A stretch of 63,274 bases of DNA, counting the filler, from Collodictyon triciliatum (taxonomy: Eukaryota): NCBI GenBank assembly GCA_043381765.1. It is 16 parts of 16 records of this genome, joined end to end, with 100 filler letters (N's around TTAATTAATTAA, not from the genome) between each part and the next. Parts side by side here need not be neighbours in the genome. Positions count along the whole stretch, not along the records: positions 1 to 3,869 come from JBHJMP010006777.1; positions 3,970 to 7,837 come from JBHJMP010006778.1; positions 7,938 to 11,804 come from JBHJMP010006779.1; positions 11,905 to 15,770 come from JBHJMP010006780.1; 12 more parts are not named here. The stretch is one strand, 5' to 3'. How positions within the stretch are numbered: the stretch's first letter is position 1; every line of letters begins with the position of its first letter. Positions 1 to 14,899 of the stretch are shown in pieces. Made by a program: the position numbers and the translations under genes. Under the pieces are notes generated by a model. It did not search any database. It was not told where the DNA came from and saw only the letters and a program-made list of their open reading frames with translations.

Positions 1-93
<93 letters not shown>
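1..93 (+). repeat. (ATT)n microsatellite at contig end
   Basis: Near-pure ATT run; other AAT/ATT runs at 7738-7837, 10495-10606 and 47357-47446. Confidence 0.97.
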
Positions 94-329
94 GTATTTT
101 CATTTTGCACATCTATCCTTGCTTGATTCGGCTATCATGATTTTGTAATAATAATTTGGCTGATATTTGATAGAAACCAGACGCAAGAATCCTTTTGACC
201 CAGCCTATGAGGAAACTGCAGAAACTGGAAGTTCAGATTATGGGATTGCAATAGAGTAATCCGAGCATTCTTATCCAAGGTAGCGACTGCTTCTCTTGTA
301 GTTCTGATTACTTTTATATTCTTTTGTAG

Positions 330-857
330 CACCCTCAGCGATGATCTTGTGGAAAGATTATATGATGATAGGGAAGAATTTGATAGGTATATATATATAT
401 TCTATCCCAGATAAATTCATATGTGTGTTATCCATTAATAGACTCTTAGAGAAACCGCTGTTATGAATGATGCTGATTTCGTGTCCAGCCACTTAATTTA
501 TTCTTGATGGCAATTAAACTTATTTCAGGTATGCGAAGATAACTATGGGCATCCAAGACAATATTGCCGGGCTGTCTGACCCTTGGATTATCATGGAAGT
601 GTAAGTTATTCCCCAGCCGCTTAAATCGTAATTCACACCAATGTTATGTGTGTATCGCATAATTGCTAATGCAGTTTTTTTTTATCACTTCTGTTTATGT
701 TTTTGTTGGTGATAATTTGAAAAAAAAAAGCTTGGCCGATGATTTGTTAGACGAAGTACTACAAGGAAGTGCCAAAGATATCAACAGCCTTTGTGATGGG
801 TATGTGGAGGCACTTCTCCATAAAGAGTCGTTAGTAGCAAACCAGCCCACAAAATAA
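330..857 (+). CDS. 3' exons of a Moonraker/KIAA0753-like centriolar protein (partial)
   Basis: GT-AG exons 330-386, 529-600 and 731-857 splice to LSDDLVERLYDDREEFDRYAKI...SDPWIIMEVLADDLLDEVLQGSAKDINSLCDGYVEALLHKE*. This resembles the KIAA0753 C-terminal PW...E...D...E..L......L...C..Y.EA....E motif as recalled. Confidence 0.55.
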
Positions 858-1384
858 AACTTTTCCTAGAACTTTCTCGTATCGCCTATAAATGAAAGTA
901 CATGTGTCGGTAGTTTTATATTTCGATGACCGATCACCTAGCATCAATCCCTAAGCCCCATAGAGATGCAAATATAATTTAGCCAAAAATGTTAATTTCT
1001 TTGTTTCATTGTTTATGCGTCTATTGTCATCATTTTATTTTTCTTTATGTTTTGAAAACTAAGGCATATAGCCTTCCCTTTCGGAGATAAAAAAAAAAGT
1101 AATTAAATTTCGACACAATCAAAGGCGGGGACAGAAGGACATTTGTTTCAGACACCTATGGAGCCAGACTTTTTTTTTTTTTTTTGCTTCGTATTTTGTT
1201 TCGGTAGAATTTAGGTTGATGAAGTTTTAAAAGTTGGGGTAAGAAGTAGAGGGGAAGATAGTATAGGGCGAAGGGGAAAATATGAGATTAAGAGCGAGGT
1301 ATGAATCGAATAGTGTCTTGATTAAAATTTTGATGGCAAATCAATTCCATTTGCTATGTTTCCTCTTCCTGCCTCTTTATTTTT

Positions 1385-2740
1385 TTAATTGATTTGGTCG
1401 TTTAGAACAAAGTCCAAGTGCAACTTGTATAAATGCTGCTTCTGTGATTGCGGTTGCTCTTCATTCTGAACACCAACGTCCCTGTTGATTGTATCTTCAT
1501 AAGTCAAGGGGATTGAGCTGGTTTGGGCTGCATCCCTTCTGTGGGGCGATATATTCATTTGGATTCCTACGGACTCAGATATATGCCTTTCCTGTTTTTC
1601 GGAGATTACTTCACTCCGCTTCCTTGCAGTGCACAAACGAAGCTGTTTTCGTATTTGAATCTTTGCTTTACGTATTGCAATAGCCCTCTTGGCCTCATCT
1701 AACACAGAAGCGTTCCCTGTTGAGTCTTGGGATAGGTCGGACGCCTTGGCGGCTTCCACTAGCATTACCTCCTGCTTCAGTTGCTGGAGATGATGCAAAT
1801 GCACTTTAGGGTCATAATTTAGTTCGGTTGGTGGCGATTCTGTTGTTTGGGGATCGGAACTCAGAGTTCCTTCGGCATTTATCCGCTGCAGCCACCGCGC
1901 CCGGCATTGGATATCAATTCGTCCGGGGATGTGTGCCGCTACTTTAGACCATGAGCTTGTACCGAATTTGCTGATTGCATCGATAAGGAGATTATCCTCG
2001 TCAGGAGACCATGTGCCTTTGCGGATATCGGGATGAAGGACACGTTGCCAACGTTGAGAACACTGACGTGCCGTGCGGTGGCCCATATCACGTGAAATGT
2101 CACTCCATCGCTTCCCCAGCCGAATCAGCCGCAGCAACTCAGCATCCTCGCTATCTGTCCAACCACGTGCGGGGCGCTTGACGGGCCGATTCTTTTGGAT
2201 CGTAATGTTGTGTATAACTGTTTTTGAGTTGGAATCAGAGTCTATGCTTTGGTTGGCATCCGAGTCACCTGCAGTGGTGGTTGTGGTGAAGTTCTTCAAC
2301 ATGAATGCGCTGTGAGAGGCCAAAGCTGTCATGGTTGATTCAGATTCTCTATCCCGATCAACGCCTGCAGTTATCTGCCTGACAGCTATAGAGGCCATTT
2401 GGCTGCTGGATTGGGTGCTATTCGACGATGCATTAGCATCCGCGGTAGAAAGATTGTCCAGCGCGAAGCCATCCTTGGATTTTTCCGTCCGTTTAAGGGA
2501 AAGCGCATAGAGCGAAGCATTTGTGTCTGCTATTGTTCTTTCATTCAATGGGCACTTAAGTAGGAAAGAAACCAGATGCATGGAGTCGATCTCCCTGCAA
2601 GTCAAGCCTCCATCTTGGCTGTCACAGCTGCTTTGGACACTTTCTTGCTCTGGGTCTGCACCCTTGTTGGCTTCAAAGTTCAAGTCAACTGCCATCCCAT
2701 TGCATCGATAGAGACTCGCAGCAAAAGGAAGATTCGACAT
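1385..2740 (-). CDS. R2R3-type Myb transcription factor
   Basis: 451-aa ORF with two Myb repeats: WTDSEDAELL...W..I....RTARQCSQRW and KGTWSPDEDNLL...WSKVA..IPGRIDIQCRARW. Confidence 0.92.
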   Translation of the reverse strand: MSNLPFAASLYRCNGMAVDLNFEANKGADPEQESVQSSCDSQDGGLTCREIDSMHLVSFLLKCPLNERTIADTNASLYALSLKRTEKSKDGFALDNLSTADANASSNSTQSSSQMASIAVRQITAGVDRDRESESTMTALASHSAFMLKNFTTTTTAGDSDANQSIDSDSNSKTVIHNITIQKNRPVKRPARGWTDSEDAELLRLIRLGKRWSDISRDMGHRTARQCSQRWQRVLHPDIRKGTWSPDEDNLLIDAISKFGTSSWSKVAAHIPGRIDIQCRARWLQRINAEGTLSSDPQTTESPPTELNYDPKVHLHHLQQLKQEVMLVEAAKASDLSQDSTGNASVLDEAKRAIAIRKAKIQIRKQLRLCTARKRSEVISEKQERHISESVGIQMNISPHRRDAAQTSSIPLTYEDTINRDVGVQNEEQPQSQKQHLYKLHLDFVLNDQIN

Positions 2741-3480
2741 GGTGTGAGGTAGTGACAGTTACTTCGGACCAGCTCCTGCAATCGAGATGTAATTTAGTTT
2801 AAAGTTAAAAATAGACACTGCGTGGAGGGTTGTCTGTAGACAGGATGGAATCAGTTATTAGTTCGTTTGTTTGATAGTGTTTGACTGTTTTTTTTTTTTT
2901 TTTGGTAACAGGCCCAGTGCTGACTTGGCGCACGTCATATTGTGGAAAACACCAAACATAAGACGTACAAGGCTTCGTAAGAGCCTCACCAGGTCAGAAA
3001 GAAAACATAAATAAGAAAGCCTGAATAGAATATACATTCCTTTCTCTTTATTCCATGCGTCCATGCCATCACGATTCTTTTCTTGCCGCCATATTGCCTT
3101 GTGATCGATATCATTTTGTTGGTCGTGTTGTCTGGTGTGATTTTTGACAGCCCATCCTTCTGCTTCGGTTCATTCAAAGTCCAATTTAGGGTGGGTAATG
3201 AGAATTTTTGGTTTGTCTAACATTTTGAAAACATGAACAATGTAGTGGTGGATGGCTGCGCTTCATGGCGGGATAGACGACGCAAGCGAAAATCACGTTC
3301 GCAGCTATCTTTCTTTCTACCAGGAGTGGGTTTGCATGAATATGATGATATTTAATATTTATCTGTTTATTAAGCATAGGGGTATTCGGTTGGGTGACAA
3401 GGGAACGCATTTCTATTCAAATATGTTTCACAAGGAAATTAAATAAAATATTTTTTTATTTATACGTTTATCATCGCGAG

Positions 3481-3869
3481 TTTTTCTTGGGTTCACTTTA
3501 TTTGTCAGACTTGGCCATACAATGGGACGAGATAGGTTCGCATGGTAGAGAGCAAACGCGAGTAAGAGAAGACACTACCGTGGAGAGGGTAGCACTGGAA
3601 AGAAATCAGTGATAGCGAGCTGGTCAGGTGGACGACCCAACTGGTTGATTGGCTGCGTGGGTAGCAGGGGTTGGATGTGCTGTCGGAGATATTGCACGAC
3701 ACATTCCCACATCTCTCTTCGTTTGCGGTCAGAGTAGCAAAGAATGCGGGCGTGTTTCAGCAGGCTGTTCGTGAAGCTGTATTGCACGAAGCTTTCTGGC
3801 CTGGATACATTGATTTCTCGTTCGGGTGAATCATTGGAGCGAGAGAATGCACGCACACTCCATAGTGAC
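3481..3869 (-). mobile_element. 3' end of a non-LTR-like retroelement, copy 1 (ORF end, 3'UTR, AATAAA)
   Basis: Clearly homologous to 51072-51403. ORF SLWSVRAFSR...QYSFTNSLLKHARILCYSDRKRREMW...QLAITDFFPVLPSPR* is open to the contig edge. AATAAA and an A-rich end follow on the minus strand. Confidence 0.75.
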
Positions 3870-3969
3870 NNNNNNNNNNNNNNNNNNNNNNNNNNNNNNN
3901 NNNNNNNNNNNNNTTAATTAATTAANNNNNNNNNNNNNNNNNNNNNNNNNNNNNNNNNNNNNNNNNNNN
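3870..3969. other. Artificial contig spacer (first of 15)
   Basis: N44+TTAATTAATTAA (stops in six frames)+N44. The same spacer starts at 7838, 11805, 15771, 19736, 23700, 27663, 31624, 35585, 39545, 43517, 47447, 51404, 55362 and 59320. Contig lengths fall roughly from 3869 to 3855 bp. Confidence 0.99.
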
Positions 3970-3972
3970 AAA

Positions 3973-4031
<59 letters not shown>

Positions 4032-5712
4032 CAGCCTCGCAGTATGCAGAACTTTACGTTTTCTTTTCTTAGCATTGTCCACATATTATAATATTATTTC
4101 CTGTTATATTTCCTCCTTCGATGAGGCAGAGCTGGAGAGTCCTCAAAGCCTGGGAGCGTCTCAATCAAACCCAGAAAAGCAACCCCGATCAAACAATCAG
4201 ATATGACAGAAAAGACCAGCAACGCGTCTCTTCAACACCAATAGGCCAACTTAAGTTGCAGACATCTTTATTTTTCCCATCCTTCCTCACTTCTGTGAAA
4301 CTTCGCTCTGACTCAACCGAGCGCTTTGCATCTGCGGCTTCGAATGCGTTGTGACTTCGGCCGCTTTGTCGGGGGAGTGCGATTGTCTCCATTTGTGGGG
4401 TTGATTCATCTCTGCCGAAGGGCACGAATAAGTGAAGGTTTGTTGCGTAAATGGAGTGACGTGTCGACATCACGAAACCCATAATACATACATCTGTATT
4501 ATTGTGGAAAATAATGAAAACTGACATTCGAATCGAAAAAACACCTATTTTGGGCGCATAATCAATCTATTTTAGTTCATTTATGAATAATTAAAGTGTC
4601 CGGTAATTGTCGCTCTTTGTTGGTAGACACAAGGGCGCAAGCTTTAATTAATGGAGATGATTCAGAAAGAAAAGCATATGCAAACAAGTTCTTTGGTTTG
4701 AAGCTTCGGTCAGATGCCTCAAGGTATAATAATATTGGTGTGTTGACAGCTTTGACATCACATAGCCCGTACGATGAACTTGGACTGAGTGGTGGCGATG
4801 GAAAGCACTTTTACTTCGGATTGGCTGTTGTGTGTGATACGAGGGACACATCCTTTTTTCTTATATTTTTTACATTACATTATCATATTTTACTGATACT
4901 TGGTCAATATTGATAGAAGCTACAGCGACGAGAATATATGAGACATTAGCACTAAATGGGTGGCTATGTTTCACTGTTTTGTTTTGAATAGAATCAGGTT
5001 CCATTCAACACTGTATGTGACTTAAAAACGAGCCGAAAGGTTATTTTTCAAATTTTATGGATATTTTGTGGAAGAAAGCACGCGTATGATTGACTCTCTT
5101 AAAGATGAAAATTTGAGAACGGGGTAAGTATTTTGGCATTCGCGCCCTTCGAATTTTTTTACTTGTAACAAGCAATTAAATCAAGTTCAAGTTTCTGAAT
5201 GATATGTAATCATGCCATTATTCGCTCTGTATTATGTGCATATGAATTAGAAAAAGCAATAGATATCATTAAGAAATCCAAATGTACCAGATTGATACAA
5301 ATACAATTCTGTAGCTATTTTTTTTCTATTTGCATATTAAGTTATCCTTTGAAGATGATACAAAGAATGTGAAAATTTTGCTGCATGGAGCACTAGAATA
5401 TATGCGAGTTGATGCAAAGGTTGACGTGAATAAGAGCGTTGGTTGCGGTTTTTTTTTAAAAAAAAATGAAATGATTCACAGGCTATGATTACTTGAAAAA
5501 AATTGATGTTATGAATTCCAATAGGCATAAATCCTTACTTTTTATTTGTTTATTTTCAGAATGTGGTTTTTATGTTTTTCAGTAGATTTATTGATCGATA
5601 AAAACGGAATAAAAGTGGTTGGAAAGTCTTGTTAGACCTGTATTATATGTATATTTTACGCGCACCCCACATGCAGATTTTTGGGGAAGCATGATTGAAT
5701 AAGGGCTTGTCA

Positions 5713-7272
5713 TTAAGAATAGAGGTCGACTAATATATGAACATAAAATGCACAGAAGATAGAAAAGTATGTAATGAATGAGCCGCTCAGAGGTTTCCAA
5801 TTAGATGTGATATCATGTGGGATGTGGCCATTGCGGAGTTGATAAGCCAAAGACACGATATCACCGAGGAATTCAAAAGCTAATTGCACAGCAATTTGAA
5901 TAAGACAGTCTTCCATAGTCTGGATGGTCTGGAATGGCGTATTGGGAAATATGTTGTAAAGAAAGTACATTTGCAAGGGAGCTAAAAATATTGAGAACAT
6001 TTCTGAACTGATATCATCACATATTTGCTTGGAGTGGAAAGCGAACGATTCGTCAAGATATTGATCTCTATTTGCATCCGTGGTGTTGTTCCCAGAATGT
6101 GGTGATCCATTGACAATATTATCCATATTGGCTATAGACACAATCCTATTTCTTCTTGAAGGGTTGACCATAACATAAAGCTTAGCAAGCCTCTGTCTGA
6201 TCTCAAATAAAATGTTCAGTCTATACTTGAGACTAAACACGGAGACCATCTCCAGTATCGAAGCACCAAAGTTGACTAGTATAAACTTTGTCGAACTAGA
6301 CCCACTTGTGGTGATGTTGGATAAGTATAGACGCCCTATAAAATGCATGTAGTAATTGCACATCTTATTGAAGCATAGTCTTTTTTCCCTGAGTTCTTTG
6401 GACAAACTAAAGATAACAATTAGTTGATACCATCGAGATATCGACATGCACATAGGAAAAACAACAAATCTGAAGACTAACTGAACAAAAAAGGACGCAC
6501 TTAGATAAACAGGAAATAGATTTTGAAGAAGCACATTTACGAATAATATCAAGGCAACCAGGCCTTTCAACAGAGCCAGAGGAGTGCCATCCTTTGTCAA
6601 GGAATAATTTCCTTTCATCTCTGGAGGCATGTTGTTGGACATTTTCGATTTGGAAATTAGGAATAGGCCGAAAGGAATTCCAAAACCAGTCGTACCGTTG
6701 ATGAAAAAGTTGAAGAAAAATGGATTCTTGGAAAAAAAGTATCCCAAAGCAAAATGTATAGCAGAAGTTGGAAGAAAAGAATAAAGAACAGGGCGCAATA
6801 TAAAATGGAACCCAAATATCTCTATAAGAATCAGTACCATTGCAACCCAGAAGGAACTGATAGCAATAATATTTCTTCCCTGTTCGTAAACTATAGGAGA
6901 AATCTCGTCCAATATGTCTTTTGTAACAACCCTTGATGGGACGTAATACAGTAGTAGGAAAAGAATAGAGATGCTGAGTCTTGGTAGAGAAAGCCACGCT
7001 ACATGAAACCATGCACTGATGGCGAGACGAAAGCAGTCTACCCAGCCAAGTGGACGGGATGCCACATTACTCTTATTGCTCCTTACTTTTTGTAAACCTA
7101 TGGAGCGGCCGCCGTCTAATGGAGTCACTGTGTCCTTTCTTTCAGTATCTTCGATAGACTCCTCGGGGCGCACTACAGGACAGTGGATACTGGCACATTC
7201 TTTCGTGTCTTTCGGGGTTGGATCGGTACCCGAGGTTTGTCTCGAGCCAGATGAACATCCATCATCTTTCAT
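5713..7272 (-). CDS. Multi-pass membrane protein of unknown function
   Basis: Intronless 519-aa ORF with a hydrophilic N-terminus and many hydrophobic segments. Confidence 0.8.
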   Translation of the reverse strand: MKDDGCSSGSRQTSGTDPTPKDTKECASIHCPVVRPEESIEDTERKDTVTPLDGGRSIGLQKVRSNKSNVASRPLGWVDCFRLAISAWFHVAWLSLPRLSISILFLLLYYVPSRVVTKDILDEISPIVYEQGRNIIAISSFWVAMVLILIEIFGFHFILRPVLYSFLPTSAIHFALGYFFSKNPFFFNFFINGTTGFGIPFGLFLISKSKMSNNMPPEMKGNYSLTKDGTPLALLKGLVALILFVNVLLQNLFPVYLSASFFVQLVFRFVVFPMCMSISRWYQLIVIFSLSKELREKRLCFNKMCNYYMHFIGRLYLSNITTSGSSSTKFILVNFGASILEMVSVFSLKYRLNILFEIRQRLAKLYVMVNPSRRNRIVSIANMDNIVNGSPHSGNNTTDANRDQYLDESFAFHSKQICDDISSEMFSIFLAPLQMYFLYNIFPNTPFQTIQTMEDCLIQIAVQLAFEFLGDIVSLAYQLRNGHIPHDITSNWKPLSGSFITYFSIFCAFYVHILVDLYS

Positions 7273-7737
7273 CCTTCCTATGTTGTTTAGCTTGGTTGTG
7301 GCTGATGCAGTGGGCTAGAAGTGAATATTGGAGGTTGAATGATCCACTGAGAATTTTCGGCTTATTTCTATTTTCATTTTTTTTATTTTATTTTATACCA
7401 GAATATTTTTAGTTTTTACTATCTTGCTGGTATTCGCATTTCATGAAAACCTTTTTCTCCAGTCTCTATCTTCCACCTGTAAGGCAGTGGCTGCAATACG
7501 AAAAGGAAAGGAAAGGGAAGGAAAGGAAAGGAAAGGAAAGAAAACAGAACAAAATATGGCCAAACAAAGCTGACAGGATCAACCGCGGAGTAGGTGTAGG
7601 CTTCGGCAGGGCAGAAATTTTGGACTAAGTTGACCAAACACACTTCACATACCACTTCTGGAAAATAAAATACGACAAGCAAAAGCAATAAAAAGCCAGC
7701 AAACATGAAGCTGGTGCTGAGGGTCTATGATGACGGA

Positions 7738-7837
<100 letters not shown>

Positions 7838-7937
7838 NNNNNNNNNNNNNNNNNNNNNNNNNNNNNNNNNNNNNNNNNNNNTTAATTAATTAANNNNNNN
7901 NNNNNNNNNNNNNNNNNNNNNNNNNNNNNNNNNNNNN

Positions 7938-8239
7938 GCATATACTCACGCAAAGCAAGACTCAACAACCAGCCACCCATTCCTGATAATAGACTGGATG
8001 ACATCATACAAATCTCTTTCCTCAATAGCTTTCTTCGCCACCTGAATGTCCTCTACTACTCCGACCCCGTGAGAAGAGAGATGTGGATAGAGGCTGAGAA
8101 ATAGATTCAACCTCGCCTTGTATCTCTCATGCAAGCACAAGACCCAGGCTGCAGGCCAAACCGCAGGATGCAATTCCTGATTACCGACTACTTCTCCGCC
8201 ACCCGGCCAACAAGTAGCATCCATGCAAACGATGGCTAG
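7938..8239 (+). mobile_element. Diverged, stop-interrupted copy of the same retroelement ORF C-terminus
   Basis: Translates IYSRKARLNNQPPIPDNRLDDIIQISFLNSFLRHLNVLYYSDPVRREMWIEAEK*IQ...QFLITDYF...*, aligning to copies 1 and 2. Internal TAG at 8102-8104; lies at a contig edge. Confidence 0.75.
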
Positions 8240-8929
8240 AGAATCAAAGCCAACCTATCAATATATTGCGCCAAATACGACAGGAAGAATTAATTAAATC
8301 TTTTAGTGCCCCGATTGTCCGCGCCACCTATTGCACTTCTATGTCGTCGTCTTCACTAAAAACAGCACATTCGTTGAATGAATGCAAGAATTGTCTGGGT
8401 GACAGGTAAAAAAAAATAAAAGCATTGAAATCGATCGCAGGGGCTGCTGCTGTGTGCGCACTGTCAATGATCAGACGACCGTATCTGCTCTTTCAGTCTC
8501 GAACATAGCCAAAAACTGCATCAGCGTCGTAATCCTTGGGGTGGAATAATTTGTGTATAAAAACACTTCGTCTCGTTCCTATTTCGCCGCCAGACCTATT
8601 TTTTTCTTGCACCCTGTTTCATTTATACTACTTTGCTTTCTTTTCCTTCTCCCAAAACACAATAGCGTCAGCTACATAATCCAGGCTTTCCCTGTCTCAT
8701 ACACAGCAAACTTGCTATTTCTTTTCTTTTTTCTTTTTTTCTTTTCTTTTCTTTTTTCTTTTTTCTTTTTCTTTTTCTTTTTCTTTTTCTTTTTTCTCTT
8801 TCTTTTTCTCTTCTGCTTATGCTTATGCTTCCCTCAGGTTTGACCGACGCACCACCCTCCCGGCCTTGCCGTCTCGACCAAGCAAAGGGCAGGAGCAGAG
8901 CAGCCAAGGGCAACGCACAATCACAGCCG

Positions 8930-11660
<2,731 letters not shown>

Positions 11661-11698
11661 GTATATACCATGCTGCAGTATGTTATATTTTTTTATTT

Positions 11699-11804
11699 TA
11701 TTGGTTTTTTATTGGTTTTTATTGGTTTTTATTGGTTTTTATTGGTTTTTATTGGTTTTTATTGGTTTTTATTGGTTTTTATTGGTTTTTATTGGTTTTT
11801 ATTG
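11699..11804 (+). repeat. (ATTGGTTTTT)n intronic minisatellite
   Basis: 10-bp tandem unit; a related 9-bp (TTTTATTGG)n array lies at 12861-12966. Confidence 0.95.
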
Positions 11805-11904
11805 NNNNNNNNNNNNNNNNNNNNNNNNNNNNNNNNNNNNNNNNNNNNTTAATTAATTAANNNNNNNNNNNNNNNNNNNNNNNNNNNNNNNNNNNNNNNN
11901 NNNN

Positions 11905-11936
<32 letters not shown>

Positions 11937-12575
11937 AATGTAGTTGTCTCTCTGTTTACTGTCATACAGAAACAGCCCTTTCCAATTATTTCATGGACCA
12001 ATTCAGTTGATTAAAATAACATCGCAAAATGTGTTGTTATAGGATGCTCAGAGAAAGCCGCTCTGCCGAGCTCAATACGTTGATGGCAATGGACGGCGTC
12101 TGAATAAAAAAAACAACAAACAAACAAACAAACAAACAAAAAGAAGCACGTCTCCTGCCTGCAAATAATAATATTAATATTAAAAACAGAAGGGAAATAA
12201 GTCCCGCTCGTAGCAATCACACAAACCTCGGTGCAATGCAATAGTTGGCGTCTAGCTCCCAGGTGCATCTCCAGGAATCACTCGGTCTCATCGTGTGCGT
12301 TCGTGTGTGTTTGAAACAGCGAGATAAGCGGCCTGGCGCCTCCTGCCCTTTTCCAGGAATGGAACATCTGTTTTCAGGCGTCAAAACCTCTTCGTGCCTC
12401 GCAGACACACCGCTCAGATTACACCCTCCCGCTGCGGCTGTCGCTTCCTCGGCTGCGCCTTTGATTCGTGCCACTTTCCTGCGCTGCCCTTTCGCTCTGA
12501 GTGCGGCTCAACTCTGTTTCGAAGCTTCTGAAAGATGCCTTATCTGCCTTTGGCAACAAACCCGGTGTCTCTAGC

Positions 12576-14819
12576 ATGCAAGCAAAGTCTGCCGAGGCGT
12601 CGCTGAGCGCAAAGGTTTCCCCGCCCAAGGCCACTGTTGTTTTTATCACGGGACTCTTTGGAGCCGGCCTGAATCACCGCGCTTTGGAGCGGGTCAAAAG
12701 CGATCCCCGCCTTCGTGATTGTCGCATCATATGTAAGCGATCTATTTCGATCTTGCCCTGCATAGCCTCGGCAATTGTGTTGTTTGACACGGATATTTTT
12801 TTTCTGTTAAAAATAATGACGTATGCTTTTATATTGTCTTTCCTTTCTTTTTGTGTATTGTTTTATTGGTTTTATTGGTTTTATTGGTTTTATTGGTTTT
12901 ATTGGTTTTATTGGTTTTATTGGTTTTATTGGTTTTATTGGTTTTATTGGTTTTATTGGTTTTATTGTTTGAATGGCAGTTTGCGGTGGTCATGCTCTTT
13001 CATTTCTCATGGTATGTGAGCCGCACGATTATATTTCTTGATGCATAAAAATCACAGCCCTGACACCCGGCCCAGTCTCGTCTGCGAGAGACAGAGCCAT
13101 CGAATGCTTTTACATGCTGAAGGGTGGTCGTATAGATTATGGTCAAGAACACTCTGCCAAGGAGGGCCACGAAAGGTCTCTGCATAACTCTTGATGGTTG
13201 AAATGATGGGCTCTGATAGCAATATCCTATTGAAATATTAATATGTATATTATTTTTAATGATTTGTTTTTTTCATTTTCCAAAAAAAAAATAATTATGA
13301 ATTGATAAAACAGAAAATCATATTCTGATTAACATCACATCGCTGCATGATTTGATTTTCAAAGGTTTGGTCGGTGGGAAGAAGGTTTGATGCCCGAATG
13401 GGATGAAAAACATCCTATAGACCTAGTTGGGTATTCACTTGGAGCAACCACCGCGCGGTATCTTCAACACCTCCTCGTGAAACAAGAATTTTCAAGTTCA
13501 GTGTCTGCTGAAGGGAAGTACGTGACTCGGAAGGTATCTTTTTCATTCCGATTAAACATTCATGATTTTATATCGCACAGGGCAAAATACCACAGAACCA
13601 AGGGAACTTGGGTGAGGAGTATAATTACTATGCAAGGGGTGAATAATGGAACCAACGCCATTCATCTTCTTGGGTATTCTTTTTATTCACTTGAAAACAG
13701 CTAGCGATTCAAATTGGTGCTTTGAATCGAATAAAAGAAAAAATTCTAATCGGACAACCTAATATAATACAGTCAGGAGTATCAGTTGAATCATATGTCT
13801 TCTTTTTTTTAAAAAAAGAAAAAAACTGCATATTTTTACAGAATGGAACCGGAAACACTTGATATACGTCCTTGGACTATACTTTGGGTTATCTATCAAT
13901 TAATATATTTCTCTCAGTGGCTTTCCATACCAGTCCTGGACCAGTTTTGGCGACTTGAGAAGTGGGGGAGGTATGTTTAATGTTGTTCAAGATGAGCTGC
14001 GTTTTGTGAATACACTACCCTGCAAACCATCAATTCGAACCCCGCCCTTCATAAATACTCTTTTAACACTTGTGCATCTTAAGTCACATTTTTTTTATTT
14101 ATGACAATGTATAATGAGATGTCAACCTGCATGTTTTGAATTCATGAGGAACTATCAAATCTAAATGTTTTTGTGTTGAAGATGTCGAAGACATGGATAT
14201 CCTTTGATAAATCTTCTGAATGACCCTCCCGCAAGGACGGATAACGCCGGCCGTGATTTGTGTCCGAAAAGAATGGTAGAAATAAACGAAGAGATAGCAA
14301 CTACACTACCACAGAGACGTCACACTTACTATTATGCCTTCCACTGCCATACAACGTACAAAGTTGAACCTCTCGGGACGTTTCACATACCTCGAATCGG
14401 AAGACTCTTTTACAAATTCCCGCTGGGCCTTGTCATTGGTTTATATCAAATATAATATGCAGTCACATAAATCTATTTTTTATTTTTATTTTATCACAAT
14501 TTTTTCTTATTCAACTGCAAAAAAAAAAAAAATGCATCAATTTCGGAGACAATATTCATCAGAAATTGCTTAAAACTAATATCAGATACATAGCTCATTA
14601 CTCTCAAGCAATTACCAAATGTCTTATGTGTATTTAAAAGGATGTTTACAACGACTATTTCATCTACATAGGAACACTTGCTGCGCTGATAAGTCTCTCT
14701 GCAACTCTATCAAGAAATCGACTCTTTCAATTCTTATTCCCGAAATATTCGTTCAAGAGGAATGGTGCTGTGGACAAGTCCACTGCTGCGTAATGAACCA
14801 AAATCATTTGCTTTTTTTG

Positions 14820-14899
<80 letters not shown>

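Noticed and set aside
3914-3925. TTAATTAATTAA repeated every ~3.96 kb
   Set aside because: Assembly linker inside N runs. Not biological, and adjacency across it implies no synteny.
4596-4913. 105-aa ORF
   Set aside because: No recognisable motif or convincing splice context; left unannotated.
8102-8104. In-frame TAG as stop-codon reassignment
   Set aside because: The other copies have TAT there, and host genes use TAA/TAG as stops. It is a nonsense mutation in a dead copy.
11699-12966. TTTTATTGG-type arrays as telomeric repeats
   Set aside because: They are located in introns, have two different unit lengths and only two Gs.
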